Below, one piece after another: positions 38,945 through 49,286 of a stretch of 64,000 nt of DNA; the stretch's first letter is position 1, and each line of letters opens with the position of its first letter. A program made the translations under genes and the position numbers. Source of the DNA: Chloroflexota bacterium (lineage in GTDB: Bacteria; Chloroflexota; Dehalococcoidia; Lucifugimonadales; JADFKI01); contig JAQBUT010000009.1 of assembly GCA_027623195.1 (NCBI GenBank), positions 26,528-90,527 of the forward strand, in the 5' to 3' direction. The notes beneath the pieces were generated by a model. The model worked only from the letters and a program-made list of their open reading frames with translations. It searched no databases and was not told where the DNA came from.

Positions 38945-39937
38945 CTAGTATACCTCAGTTCTCCATTCCGCGTGTCGAGAGTCTTTACCCCGCACCACAT
39001 CGTGGAAAAGTTGCTCCAATTTTGTAACCACAGGGCCGGCGCTTCCGTCGCCAAACTGGTAGCCATCGATGCTGCTTATGGCCTGGATCTCAGCGCCAGT
39101 GCCGCAGATGAATGCCTCGTCCGCAATGTAAAGCTCGGTACGGTCAATGTCACGCTGTTGCACTGGAACGCCCAGCTCCTTCTCCAGGAGTTCAGAAACA
39201 ACCTCTCTGGTTATGCTCTCCAGCGTACCCGCCGATGCTGGCGGTGTGATCGCCACGCCATTCCGCACTATGAAAATGCAGGCATAGGATATCTCGGTCA
39301 CCTTACCCTGCTGGTTCAGAATAACGCCGAAGTCGTAGCCGTGCCTGGACGACTCGTCGGCCACGTAACGACTGTTCTGGTAATTAGCGATGGCCTTTAC
39401 CCTGGGTGGCATCACGTTGTCGGATATGCGGTTCCACGAGCTAACACCGCAGGTTACCGCTTTGCCCGAGCCAAGCGCCGACGACGCCCCTCGGTTGTGA
39501 ATGATTATCTCGCCGGGACGCTCCTGCACCGCCAGGTAGCCTGGAGTGCCCTCACCGAAATAAGCCGTGGGCTGAATATATATGTCGCCTTTGAACTCAT
39601 TGGCTTTGACCAGTTCGATAATGTGATTGGCCAGCTCCTGTGTCGTCCACGGCGAACGCATTCGCATAACGCGCATCGACTGCATCAGGCGCTTCAGATG
39701 GGCATCCAGATGGAATATGTAAAGCTGCTCTTTTTCTGCGTTCCAGTAGCCACGAATGCCTTCGAATACCATGGAAATGGCAGACCAGCCAAGCCTTGAG
39801 GCATGAACGGTAGCCTTATCCCACTCCACCTGTTTGCCGGACATCCACAGGTATTTGGGCGACTCCTGTGGCGCTGCCCAAGCGTCCCGTTGCAGGTCCT
39901 CGGGCTTCTGCTCTTCTTGAATCTTTTCAGTAGTCAT
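38945..39937 (-). CDS. ilvE: Class IV aminotransferase (branched-chain type)
   Basis: FEGIRGY, H..RL..S, KAIANY, LESITR, EAFICGT. Confidence 0.8.
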   Translation of the reverse strand: MTTEKIQEEQKPEDLQRDAWAAPQESPKYLWMSGKQVEWDKATVHASRLGWSAISMVFEGIRGYWNAEKEQLYIFHLDAHLKRLMQSMRVMRMRSPWTTQELANHIIELVKANEFKGDIYIQPTAYFGEGTPGYLAVQERPGEIIIHNRGASSALGSGKAVTCGVSSWNRISDNVMPPRVKAIANYQNSRYVADESSRHGYDFGVILNQQGKVTEISYACIFIVRNGVAITPPASAGTLESITREVVSELLEKELGVPVQQRDIDRTELYIADEAFICGTGAEIQAISSIDGYQFGDGSAGPVVTKLEQLFHDVVRGKDSRHAEWRTEVY

Positions 39938-40143
39938 CGTTAAACATCCTGTCATTTTTAACAATGGAGGAAGCCTATCACGAGAGGCATCAAGTTGAAA
40001 ACAACCTTGTGTATTTTTGGGCAGTTCAACTTCCGATATTTTGACTTAGGTCAAACGAAAAGCCAAAAAAGCTATTGCGACCACACGCCCGGAGGATAGA
40101 ATAGAAAGATTGTTCAACACCTCGATATTTCCAGGAGCTCTAT

Positions 40144-41808
40144 TTGACTGCAAACGAAGCCAATCGCCTTTTTCAGGCGGCCATGAGCGATATCCTCGAA
40201 AAGACATGGCAACATTACCCAGACTTGGCCTCCGGATTGGGTCTTCACCAATACGACGGCAAACTTCCCGACATATCCAGGGCCTCCCTGGCCGACCGCA
40301 CCAGGGAACTGCAGATGGGAATTGCATCGCTGGAGAATATTGACAACTCCGCGCTTAGCTATCAGAACTACTACGACCACCAGATTCTTCTTTCGGCCCT
40401 GCGCAAAGAGCTTCTAGAGCTGACGGAGCTTAAATGGCAAGAGACCAACCCGATGGGGATGATATGGCACATAGGGCTTAGCCACTACGTGCAGCGAGAC
40501 TATGCGCCCTTAAATGAGAGGGTAACCGCACTAATATCAGCCCTGAGGGCTGTTCCCAAGTATCTCAGCCAACTTCGGGAACTCATGGCGCGTCCGCCAG
40601 GCAAGGCGGTAATTGAGGCCAGCATTGAGGCATATAACGGCGTGAAAAGCTTTTACCAGACCGATCTGGTGGACGCCGTAGCCAAGATGGATGACCCGGA
40701 AGACAAAGAAATTAAGGCGCGATTCACCAGCGCCAAGGACGGGGCTGTCAACGCAGTAGCCGACTTCGTGGATTTCCTAAAGTCCGCGCAGGAAAAGGCC
40801 CCAGATAAGTTTGCCATAGGCTCCGAGGGATTCTCCAAACTCCTGAAGCATGGAGAGATGGTTGACCTTCCACTGGAACGGCTTCTAGAAATCGGCATTG
40901 CTGACCTGGAGGGAAATCTCGCCCGTTTTAGAGAGCTAGCGTCGCAGGTGGACCCCGGCAAGTCGCCCGCCGAGGTAATGGCAGGAATCGCAGGCAACCA
41001 CCCCGCCGCCGATGAGTTGATATCCTACACCAGGGACATGCTGGAGGACATCCGACAGTACCTGTTAGACAACGACATCGTTTCGGTGCCATCAGATATA
41101 CGGTGCATCACTACCGAAACGCCGTCTTTCATGCGGTGGGCGTTTGCGGCGCTTGACTCCCCCGGACCCTACGAGGAAAAGGCCACCCAGACCTACTACT
41201 ACGTCACGCCAGTGGAGAACGACTGGACCGACGAGCAGAAGGAGCAGTGGCTGACATCGTTTAACTACGCCACATTGCGGGCCGTCTCCGTGCACGAGGC
41301 ATACCCCGGCCACTACGTCCAATACCTACATACTAAGAAAGCGGCTTCGAAAATTGGGACGGTGTTCGGGTCTTACTCATTCTCTGAGGGCTGGGCCCAC
41401 TACACCGAACAGATGATGATTGAGGAGGGTTACGGCGCCGATGATCCCCGCAACGCTTTGGGTCAGCTTATGGAGGCGTTGCTACGCGACTGCCGCTACA
41501 TATGCGCCATTCGCATGCACACTCAGGGCATGACGCTGGACGAGGCCACGACGTTCTTCATTGACAATGCTTTCATGGAGGAGCTACCGGCCCGCAAAGA
41601 GGCTTCGCGCGGCACTTTCGATCCTATGTATCTGAATTACACCCTTGGCAAGCTAATGATCCTCAAGCTGCGAGAGGACTTCCGCAACGAGAAGGGCGAT
41701 AAGTTCTCGCTCAAGGAGTTCCACGACACGTTCCTGTCTTTCGGCGCGCCACCTATACCTCTTGTGCGGGAGATGATGCTTCGGGACGCAGGCGACGGGG
41801 CCCTGTGA
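40144..41808 (+). CDS. DUF885-family protein (putative metalloprotease)
   Basis: GLHQYD, HEAYPGH, EGWAHYTE, Y.LG, LKEFHD. Confidence 0.9.
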   Translation: MTANEANRLFQAAMSDILEKTWQHYPDLASGLGLHQYDGKLPDISRASLADRTRELQMGIASLENIDNSALSYQNYYDHQILLSALRKELLELTELKWQETNPMGMIWHIGLSHYVQRDYAPLNERVTALISALRAVPKYLSQLRELMARPPGKAVIEASIEAYNGVKSFYQTDLVDAVAKMDDPEDKEIKARFTSAKDGAVNAVADFVDFLKSAQEKAPDKFAIGSEGFSKLLKHGEMVDLPLERLLEIGIADLEGNLARFRELASQVDPGKSPAEVMAGIAGNHPAADELISYTRDMLEDIRQYLLDNDIVSVPSDIRCITTETPSFMRWAFAALDSPGPYEEKATQTYYYVTPVENDWTDEQKEQWLTSFNYATLRAVSVHEAYPGHYVQYLHTKKAASKIGTVFGSYSFSEGWAHYTEQMMIEEGYGADDPRNALGQLMEALLRDCRYICAIRMHTQGMTLDEATTFFIDNAFMEELPARKEASRGTFDPMYLNYTLGKLMILKLREDFRNEKGDKFSLKEFHDTFLSFGAPPIPLVREMMLRDAGDGAL

Positions 41809-41846
41809 CCGACTCAAGAATGAATGCCTGACCGCTGACCAGGCCT

Positions 41847-41963
41847 TTCGACGAGCCCAGTTCGAACGATTTAATAGCCAAATCGTACGGCAGTGTCGGG
41901 CTGGCCTTAACAGGCAATTCAGGTTTCCATTGAGCGAATCCAAGTTCGTGCTGAGCTTGTCGA
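41847..41963. repeat. Degenerate REP-like inverted doublet
   Basis: TTCGACGAGCCCAGTTCGAACG (41847-41868) and GTTCGTGCTGAGCTTGTCGA (41944-41963) in opposite orientation; related pair at 60053-60114. Confidence 0.5.
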
Positions 41964-42095
41964 TGCCCCGGACCCGCATAGACCTTCTAGCCCGAAGCCG
42001 CCTCATTCGGCGTTGAGGATTGCTCATCCAGGCCATATGCTTTCATTGAGACGCTGCTAGTGTCAGCACAATTTTTTAAATATCTGAGGTCTTAG

Positions 42096-43106
42096 ATGAA
42101 AGTTCTGGTTACCGGAGGAGCCGGATACATCGGCAGCACAATTTCCGCAGCCTTGGAGGAGCACGGTCATACACCTGTTGTTCTGGACAGCCTGGTAACG
42201 GGCCGTCGGCAGTTCGTGGGCGACCGCATCTTCTACGAAGCCGACATCGCGGACCACGATGCACTGACCCAGGTCTTCAAGGACCACCCCGACATTCACT
42301 GCACAATCCACTGCGCGGCGCTAATCGTGGTGCCGGATTCGATGAAGCGACCGTACAACTACTACCGTGAAAACGTTGCCAAGTCGCTGGAGCTATTCAA
42401 GACACTGCCTGAACTGGGATGTCACCGCGTTGTATTCAGCTCATCAGCATCCATTTACGACGTGGTGCCGGGATTCATGGTCACGGAATCGTCACCGCAG
42501 AAGCCTTTGAGCCCGTACGCTCGCACCAAGTACATGATGGAGATGGTTTTGCAGGACTTTTCGGCGGCCTACGACCTTAAGGCCATCGCCCTGCGCTATT
42601 TTAATCCAATTGGGGCCGACCCCAAGATGCGTTCAGGCCTACAGGACAGAAATCCGACCCACATTCTAGGTCGCCTGGTGGAGGTCGCGCTGGGGAACCT
42701 GCCCGAATTCCAGATCACCGGCGTCGACTGGCCCACCCGCGACGGCACCGGCATTCGCGATTACATTCACGTATGGGACCTTGCGCAGGCTCATGTGCAG
42801 GCTGTGGAACGGTTTGATTCGGCCATAGAGGGGGCGGGCGACTCCGGCTCCTACGGCGTCATCAACCTGGGAACAGGCAACGGCGTAACGGTCAAGGAGT
42901 TCGTGGAAGCCTTCCAAAAAGTGTACGGCGCGGAGATCAACCACTCTGAGGCCCCGGCGAGGCCTGGAGACGTAGCAGGCGCCTTCGCCAACGCCGACAG
43001 AGCCCGGGATTTGCTGGGCTGGACCACCACGTTGACCATCGAAGATGGCATATCGGACTCACTCAAATGGGGCAAGGTCCGAGACTCGGTGCTCGGAGAC
43101 CAGTGA
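42096..43106 (+). CDS. galE: UDP-glucose 4-epimerase
   Basis: GGAGYIG, FSSSA, YARTK, LRYFNP, RDYIHV. Confidence 0.93.
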   Translation: MKVLVTGGAGYIGSTISAALEEHGHTPVVLDSLVTGRRQFVGDRIFYEADIADHDALTQVFKDHPDIHCTIHCAALIVVPDSMKRPYNYYRENVAKSLELFKTLPELGCHRVVFSSSASIYDVVPGFMVTESSPQKPLSPYARTKYMMEMVLQDFSAAYDLKAIALRYFNPIGADPKMRSGLQDRNPTHILGRLVEVALGNLPEFQITGVDWPTRDGTGIRDYIHVWDLAQAHVQAVERFDSAIEGAGDSGSYGVINLGTGNGVTVKEFVEAFQKVYGAEINHSEAPARPGDVAGAFANADRARDLLGWTTTLTIEDGISDSLKWGKVRDSVLGDQ

Positions 43107-43138
43107 GCAAGCCTTAATACGCGAAAGCTCTGAACGAT

Positions 43139-43172
43139 AAACGGGGCCTCCGATTTGGAGGCCCAGTTTTTT
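43139..43172. terminator. Terminator between convergent genes
   Basis: GGGCCTCC/GGAGGCCC followed by a T-run. Confidence 0.8.
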
Positions 43173-43203
43173 AATGCAAACCTGTGCTACCCAGTTTTCG
43201 AAA

Positions 43204-44697
43204 TTATTCGGCGAACTTGGCCGCCACGTGTCGGCGTTGGATCTTGCCAGTGGCAGTCCTGGGCAGGCTATCCACTATGTAGACCCTGTCAGGCACCTTG
43301 AAGTCGGCGAGATGGTCGCGGCAGTAGGCCCGAATAGCATCTTCGCTCCCTTCTCCAGACAGCACAACAGCCGCCTGCACAGCCTCGCCGTACTTTACGT
43401 CTGGCACGCCAAAGCATACTGCCTCGGCTACACCGGGATGCCGGAGCAATGCTGCGTCTACCTCGAGCGGAGAAATCTTCTCTCCAGCGCGATTAATCAG
43501 TTCCTTCAGCCTACCCGTCAGCGATAACACGCCCGACTCGCCAAGAAATCCCTGGTCTCCGGTCCGGAACCAACCGTTGGTGAAGGCCTCGGCATTGGCG
43601 TCGGGGTTGTTGTTATAGCCATGCGTTACGTTGGGCCCCTGAATCACTATCTCGGCCCTCTCGCCAGTGGGAAGGAGGTTACCGGCCTCATCCATTATGC
43701 CGATCTTAACCCCGGTGCCCTGCCCGACCGTATTCGCCTGCCTTTTGCCCGGCGGAAGCAAGTTGGACGACATCTGGTGTGATGCCTCTGTCATTCCATA
43801 CGCCTCCAGCACAGGCGCACCGAATCGCGCCTCAAGTTCGTCAAAAACAGACGGGGCCAATGCTGCTGAGCAGGACCGAATTAATCGGAAGCTCTCTCTA
43901 GGCGCGCCGTCCTCGTCCGCCCTGGCCAATAGTATCTGGTGGATGGTCGGAACCGCCGAGTACCAGGTAGCGCCCGTAGCCTTCTGGTCCCCCCAAAACC
44001 GGCCCGCGCTGAAACGAGGCGGCACCACGATTGAGCCACCAGTGCTCAGCGTTGACAGCGCCACGCCAATAAGGCCGTGCACATGGAAGAGAGGCATAAC
44101 CACCATTGCCACGTCGTCGGGCGTTAGCTTATAAGTGCCTGCTATGTTCTTGAGCGAGGCCACCAGGTTGCCGTGAGTTAGCGGAACCCCTTTTGGTCGG
44201 CTGGTTGTGCCGGAGGTATGCAAGAACAGCGCCACGTCGTCAGGCGATGGCGGGGCCATGTCCTTCTTACTCGCAAGGACCACTCCCTCACGAGCAAGCA
44301 CTACAGAGCCGTCAGCAGCCAGAGACGCGTCCACAGTAGGAATACCCAGCTTCTGCGCCGCCTCACGGCCGGGGTGGTCTCCATTAGGGAGGATAACCAG
44401 CTTTGCGTCTGCGTCCTCCATGAAAAAGGTGAACTCGTCCACCGTATAAGCCGAATTGAGTGGCGCGGCGATGGCCCCCGCCCTGGCTACGGCCAAAAAG
44501 GTCACCATGAACTCCAGGCAATTGGGCAGCACTATGGAAACAGCCTGGCCGTGCTGCAATCCCGAACCGCCCAGCAGTTCGGCAATGCGCTCGATCTCAT
44601 CGGAGAATCCGCCGTAGGTCAACGTGGGCCCATCGGGTATAAGAATCGCCTGGTTACCTGCACTCTGGGGACTCATAAAGCTAGCTAATGTTGTCAA
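43204..44697 (-). CDS. Acyl-CoA synthetase (oxalate-CoA ligase AAE3/PCS60-like)
   Basis: LHTSGTTSRPKGVPL, PLFHVHG, WYSAVPTIHQ, RSCSA, YGMTEASHQM, TGKIQRR. Confidence 0.85.
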   Translation of the reverse strand: MTTLASFMSPQSAGNQAILIPDGPTLTYGGFSDEIERIAELLGGSGLQHGQAVSIVLPNCLEFMVTFLAVARAGAIAAPLNSAYTVDEFTFFMEDADAKLVILPNGDHPGREAAQKLGIPTVDASLAADGSVVLAREGVVLASKKDMAPPSPDDVALFLHTSGTTSRPKGVPLTHGNLVASLKNIAGTYKLTPDDVAMVVMPLFHVHGLIGVALSTLSTGGSIVVPPRFSAGRFWGDQKATGATWYSAVPTIHQILLARADEDGAPRESFRLIRSCSAALAPSVFDELEARFGAPVLEAYGMTEASHQMSSNLLPPGKRQANTVGQGTGVKIGIMDEAGNLLPTGERAEIVIQGPNVTHGYNNNPDANAEAFTNGWFRTGDQGFLGESGVLSLTGRLKELINRAGEKISPLEVDAALLRHPGVAEAVCFGVPDVKYGEAVQAAVVLSGEGSEDAIRAYCRDHLADFKVPDRVYIVDSLPRTATGKIQRRHVAAKFAE

Positions 44698-44855
44698 TTC
44701 ACTTTCTCCGTTCGTGAGGTTTAGTTCAGATTAGGTCACTAACGGTCGGCGTGGTACAGGGCCAACTCGCACGCACAGACCATTTCAAATGCTCGATATA
44801 TTGAGTGCTATGCTACCATGATTCCGATGGCAGGCAAAGACAGGCATTACCCTCT

Positions 44856-45650
44856 ATGACACCAACTATCTCGGTCAATTCGCTATCGCATTCGTTCGAG
44901 GTAAATGGGAAGACCCTTCCTGTTCTCTCCAACATCAGCTTGGAAATCCAGCAAGGGTCGTTTATCTCAGTGATAGGCCCCAGCGGCTGTGGCAAGACCA
45001 CACTTCTTAAGCTGATAGGCGGCCTGCTGGACGCCGAGTCAGGCTCCGTGACGATAGAGGGGGCTCCTCCCCAAGAGGCGCAGCGCCGCAAAGCAATTGG
45101 TTTTGTGTTTCAGGATTCTTCGCTGCTGCCTTGGCGGACCGTAGCCGAAAACATTAGTCTTCCTCTGGAGTTAAATTCTTCAGAGTCAAGGCAAGGGCAT
45201 GATGAGGTGGACCGCCTGCTGGATGTCATGGGGCTGGCTGAGTTCGGCGCATACCACCCACATGAGCTTTCCGGCGGCATGCGGCAGCGCGTTGCGTTGG
45301 CGCGAGCGCTGGCCACTGACCCAGACGTGCTCCTTATGGACGAGCCCCTTGGCGCATTGGACGAGATGACCCGCGAGGCCATGCGCTACGAGATTCTGAG
45401 CGTATGGGAGCGCAACAGACGCAAGACCGTGGTGTTCGTCACGCATAGCATTGCTGAGGCCGTGGCGCTTTCGCATAGGGTGATAGTGATGTCCTTACGT
45501 CCTGGGCATATCCTGGATGAGATAGATATCGACCTACCCCACCCCAGAGACGAAACCATCGAAAAATCCCAGACATTTCTTGACTACACATACAAGGTCC
45601 GTGACACTCTTTCCAAGGGGGTTGTCCGTGCAACGGCACATCGTGGATAA
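44856..45650 (+). CDS. NitT/TauT-family ABC transporter ATP-binding protein
   Basis: GPSGCGKT, LLPWRT, LSGGMRQR, MDEP, VTHS. Confidence 0.93.
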   Translation: MTPTISVNSLSHSFEVNGKTLPVLSNISLEIQQGSFISVIGPSGCGKTTLLKLIGGLLDAESGSVTIEGAPPQEAQRRKAIGFVFQDSSLLPWRTVAENISLPLELNSSESRQGHDEVDRLLDVMGLAEFGAYHPHELSGGMRQRVALARALATDPDVLLMDEPLGALDEMTREAMRYEILSVWERNRRKTVVFVTHSIAEAVALSHRVIVMSLRPGHILDEIDIDLPHPRDETIEKSQTFLDYTYKVRDTLSKGVVRATAHRG

Positions 45651-46503
45651 CGCCGCAGGAACAGCCGTCGATGACAAGGCTGACCTTAACAACGGGGCAA
45701 TCGTAGTCAGCGAAAAAGCTACGGCTCGCCGGGCCATATGGAGCAGACCTGCCGCTTACCTCGTGCCCCCCACAGCGGCGTTGGCAACACTAGTCTCCAC
45801 CTGGGAAATATGGCTTCGTATTGCCAACGTCCCGGTTTACATTTTGCCCCTACCTTCTGTAATTTTTTCACGACTGGTTGGAGACCTCGGATTCTTCGCC
45901 TGGCACGGCGGCATTACGCTGCTGGAGGCATTAGCCGGGTTCGCACTGGGTACGGCTGTTGCCCTGGTGGGGGCCACGCTGATGGCCCATTCGAGGTTCT
46001 TGGAACGCAGCCTTCTGCCCATAGCGGTGCTCGTAAAGGTCACGCCCGTAGTTGCAGTTGCGCCGTTGTTCGTAATCTGGTTCGGGTTTGGGTCGCTGCC
46101 AAAGATTTTCATCGCGGCGCTCATTACCTTCTTCCCGGTGCTGGTCAACGCCATGACCGGCTTGCGAGCGGTCGAGCCGGGCGCATTGGACTACTTCAGG
46201 TCTCTGAGCTCGTCCCGAAAAGAGATTTACCTCAAGTTGCGACTACCGGGTGCGCTCCCCTACCTGTTCGCCGCCTTTCGAATATCCATTCCGCTATCCG
46301 TCATAGGCGCCGTAGTGGGAGAGTGGTTCAGCGGCGACAGGGGCCTGGGTAGCGTTATCATCGTGGCTCACAGCAATCTGGATATGCCCACGCTGTTCTC
46401 AGCCATCCTCACCCTGGCGTTCCTGGGAATATCGCTGACCCTGTTGACGTTCTACCTTGAGCGCAAGATACTCTTCTGGCACCCGTCTAACATCGTCACC
46501 TAA
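45628..46503 (+). CDS. NitT/TauT-family ABC transporter permease
   Basis: LP.PS, FFP, LPGALPY, GAVVGEW; start uncertain. Confidence 0.92.
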   Translation: MQRHIVDNAAGTAVDDKADLNNGAIVVSEKATARRAIWSRPAAYLVPPTAALATLVSTWEIWLRIANVPVYILPLPSVIFSRLVGDLGFFAWHGGITLLEALAGFALGTAVALVGATLMAHSRFLERSLLPIAVLVKVTPVVAVAPLFVIWFGFGSLPKIFIAALITFFPVLVNAMTGLRAVEPGALDYFRSLSSSRKEIYLKLRLPGALPYLFAAFRISIPLSVIGAVVGEWFSGDRGLGSVIIVAHSNLDMPTLFSAILTLAFLGISLTLLTFYLERKILFWHPSNIVT

Positions 46504-46550
46504 GGGCGTCACCTTGCGACTCGACGCCGAACCTGGAGAACTTTCGAATA

Positions 46551-47591
46551 TTGACAGTTTTTAAGAATACTCATCGAGCAGGGAAAATCCTAATACTAAC
46601 GCTGTCGTTAATGTTTGCAGTGACCGTGGCAGCTGCCTGCGGGACCGATACACCCAGGGATATTAAGCAGGTAACGTTCATGGCGGGCTTCAAGCCACAG
46701 GCCAACCTGCCATTCGTCGCCGCCTACGTTGCCCAGGACAAGGGCTACTTTGCAGAGCAGGGCCTCGAAGTGGATATCAGGCACTCGGCCTCTGGAGAGC
46801 ACCTCCAGCTCTTGATGTCAGGGGACGTCGACTTCACAACAGCGGACGCAACTTCCGTGCTCAAGCGACGCTCCGAGCCCGACCTGCCTATCGTGGCCTT
46901 TGCGCTATTTGGCCAAAAGGGCCAACAGGGCTTTGTGTCACTGGCCGACTCCGGCATAGCAGGCCCCAAAGACTGGGAAGGCAAGACCTTCGGATACAAG
47001 TTTTCGCAGCCTCCCGACTACCTGGCTATTCTTGAGGCCGAGAGCGTGGACCGGTCCAAAATCAACGAGGTGCGCGTGGGCTTTGATCCCAGAGTCCTGA
47101 CCGAGGGACAGGTGGATGTCCTGGCAGTCTTCAAGTCCAACGAGCCCGACACGATACGCGGTCTGGGCTTCGACGTGAACCTGTGGGACCCCGCAGACTT
47201 CGGCGTTCCCACTCTTGGCCTGACCTACATAACCCGCAGCGCGCTGGCCGATGAGGACCCGGAGGTAGTTAAGCGTTTCCTCAAGGCGACCTTGAAAGGT
47301 CTGGAATTCGCAATGGCGAACCGCGAAGAAACCCTGGACATCGTTTTGAAATTTGCGCCCGACGAAAAGCGAGAGCACCAGCGTTTCATGCTGGACGCCG
47401 AGATAGCGGATGCCGTGGGCCCCGTGACCGATAGCAATGGCGCGGGTTGGATGACGGACCAGCAATGGCAGGCGCTTTACAACCAGCTCATCCAGTACGA
47501 TGCCTTGCCTAGGCCCTTCGATTACACGACGGCATACACGTACCAGTTCCTCGACGCCGCTTACGACGACGGCGAGCTAATCTGGCCGTAG
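46551..47591 (+). CDS. ABC substrate-binding lipoprotein (NMT1/THI5-like)
   Basis: Lipobox AAAC, VA.DKGYF.EQGL.V, D.EGK, FL.AT.KG. Confidence 0.88.
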   Translation: MTVFKNTHRAGKILILTLSLMFAVTVAAACGTDTPRDIKQVTFMAGFKPQANLPFVAAYVAQDKGYFAEQGLEVDIRHSASGEHLQLLMSGDVDFTTADATSVLKRRSEPDLPIVAFALFGQKGQQGFVSLADSGIAGPKDWEGKTFGYKFSQPPDYLAILEAESVDRSKINEVRVGFDPRVLTEGQVDVLAVFKSNEPDTIRGLGFDVNLWDPADFGVPTLGLTYITRSALADEDPEVVKRFLKATLKGLEFAMANREETLDIVLKFAPDEKREHQRFMLDAEIADAVGPVTDSNGAGWMTDQQWQALYNQLIQYDALPRPFDYTTAYTYQFLDAAYDDGELIWP

Positions 47592-47729
47592 CCTTGCCCG
47601 ATTCCGGGCCGGCTCAGCAGTTTATGTTATTTAGGGCGCATTGGTAATTAAATCGTCGATCCATAAGCCTTGAAATGATTTTTTTGCCAAGCGTATTTCG
47701 GACATACCAGATCAGGTGACAAGCTTTCC

Positions 47730-48920
47730 ATGGCGCAAGTAACTGGCAACAACGCTCTAATCATGCAGTCCGGCGGCTGCACGCCCGTCATAAACCGCAG
47801 CCTTTACGGCGTGGTACAGGAGGCATTTTCCTCCAACGCCTTCGACCAGATTCACGGTGCCTTGTACGGTATGGAGGGAATTCTGGACGAGAAGCTGGCT
47901 GACCTGCGCGCCGTGGACGCTGCCGAGTGGGAGCGCATAGCAAACACCCCTGCAGCGGCCCTGGGCTCCACCCGGCGCAAGATGCGTCCCGAAGACGTGC
48001 CAGTGATCATCGACGTACTGAAACGCAACGGCATCGGCTACTGGTTCATCATTGGAGGCAACGACTCGGCAGAGACTGGCCACATGGTGGGCGAGGCCTC
48101 GAAAGAAGCCGGATACCCTCTGACCGTAATCAACGTCCCTAAGACCATCGACAACGATCTCGTGATGATGGACCACTCACCCGGGTTCGGCAGCGCCGCC
48201 CGCTTTATCGCCCTGGCCACTATGGGAGCAGGACGCGATGCAGAGGCAATGGGACTGGCCGCGCCAGTGACAATCATCGAAGTTATGGGCAGGGACGCCG
48301 GGTGGCTGGCGGCCTCTGCGGCTGCGGCAAAACGCGAAGAACGCGACGCCCCGCACATTATCGCAGTGCCAGAAGTGCCTATGGACGAAACGCGCTTTCT
48401 GGATCGAATTGAAACCGCCTACAGCAAATACGGATTTGCCGTGGCCGTCATGGCGGAGAACACCCGCGGGCCCGATGGAATTATTGGCGGCGACTCGGAG
48501 CCGTGGTACGTCGACGATTTCGGCCACCCCTATTACGACGGCCCAAGTCGATACCTGGCAGGGCTGGTGAGCAAACGCCTGAAGGTGCGGGCGCGCTACG
48601 AGAAGCCAGGCACAATCCAGCGGTCCATGATGGCCTGCGTCTCCGAATCCGACTCGGCTGAGGCAGAGGAGGTAGGCAGAGAGGCCGTTAGGCAGGCCGT
48701 GGCAGGCAACAGAGACGTCATCATCACGCTGGAGCGCACAAAAGGCGATGCGTACTCATGCACAACCGGAACCGCTCCACTGGCAGAGGTAGGCGGCAAA
48801 GTTAAGACGATGCCGGCCGAATACCTGGACCCGGCAAATGACTTCGTAACCGAGGCATTTTTGGAGTATCTGAGGCCCCTCTTGGGAAGCCCTTTACCGG
48901 CCTATGGTCGCGTTCGCTAG
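47730..48920 (+). CDS. pfp: Phosphofructokinase, predicted PPi-dependent
   Basis: QSGG, GGNDS, PKTIDND, EVMGR. Confidence 0.85.
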   Translation: MAQVTGNNALIMQSGGCTPVINRSLYGVVQEAFSSNAFDQIHGALYGMEGILDEKLADLRAVDAAEWERIANTPAAALGSTRRKMRPEDVPVIIDVLKRNGIGYWFIIGGNDSAETGHMVGEASKEAGYPLTVINVPKTIDNDLVMMDHSPGFGSAARFIALATMGAGRDAEAMGLAAPVTIIEVMGRDAGWLAASAAAAKREERDAPHIIAVPEVPMDETRFLDRIETAYSKYGFAVAVMAENTRGPDGIIGGDSEPWYVDDFGHPYYDGPSRYLAGLVSKRLKVRARYEKPGTIQRSMMACVSESDSAEAEEVGREAVRQAVAGNRDVIITLERTKGDAYSCTTGTAPLAEVGGKVKTMPAEYLDPANDFVTEAFLEYLRPLLGSPLPAYGRVR

Positions 48921-48933
48921 CATACCGTAATCC

Positions 48934-48962
48934 TTGACAGTGGTCTGGCAAGGTAGTAGAAT
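48934..48962 (+). promoter_or_regulatory. Sigma70-type promoter
   Basis: TTGACA-N17-TAGAAT immediately upstream of the riboswitch. Confidence 0.8.
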
Positions 48963-48988
48963 TGGTGAGTTAAAATTTAATATCGGTG

Positions 48989-49106
48989 CTCTTATCATGA
49001 GTGGCGGAGGGATCGGCCCCGTGAAGCCCGGCAACCGCCCGGAGTCAGACCGACTCTGGAAATGGTGCTAAGTCCGGCGAGTTCCATGAACTCGCAGAGA
49101 TGAGAG
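48989..49106 (+). ncRNA. SAM-I (S-box) riboswitch
   Basis: P1 CTCTTATC...GATGAGAG; GAG-GG-GGAGGGA..GGCCC.TGAAGCC-GGCAACC core; GGTGCTAA; upstream of mtnA. Confidence 0.95.
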
Positions 49107-49115
49107 TGGAGTTTG

Positions 49116-49153
49116 GCAAGAACTTCTCTCTTTTGTGGGAAGTTTTTTTTTGC
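49116..49153 (+). terminator. Riboswitch expression-platform terminator
   Basis: AACTTCTC/GGGAAGTT stem followed by a long T-run. Confidence 0.8.
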
Positions 49154-49286
49154 CCTTCGAACCCTCTCCGCCTCCGCATTGCGCCGCAGCCAGTGAGTCC
49201 TCTTCCCGTTCTTTCAGGGGATAGCTAAATGAATCACCCCGGCGCTTTGCCAATCGAGGCATAGCAAGAAGCCCAAATTAACGCAT

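Noticed and set aside
35763..39799. Long antisense ORFs (35763-36647, 38972-39799)
   Set aside because: Shadows of well-supported aminotransferase genes.
41653..42036. 127-aa minus-strand ORF
   Set aside because: Overlaps the DUF885 gene and runs through REP-like repeats; no motifs.
44698..44855. TPP riboswitch ahead of the NMT1/THI5-like ABC transporter
   Set aside because: No CTGAGA / CCTGA...AGCGTAGG core visible; substrate left unassigned.
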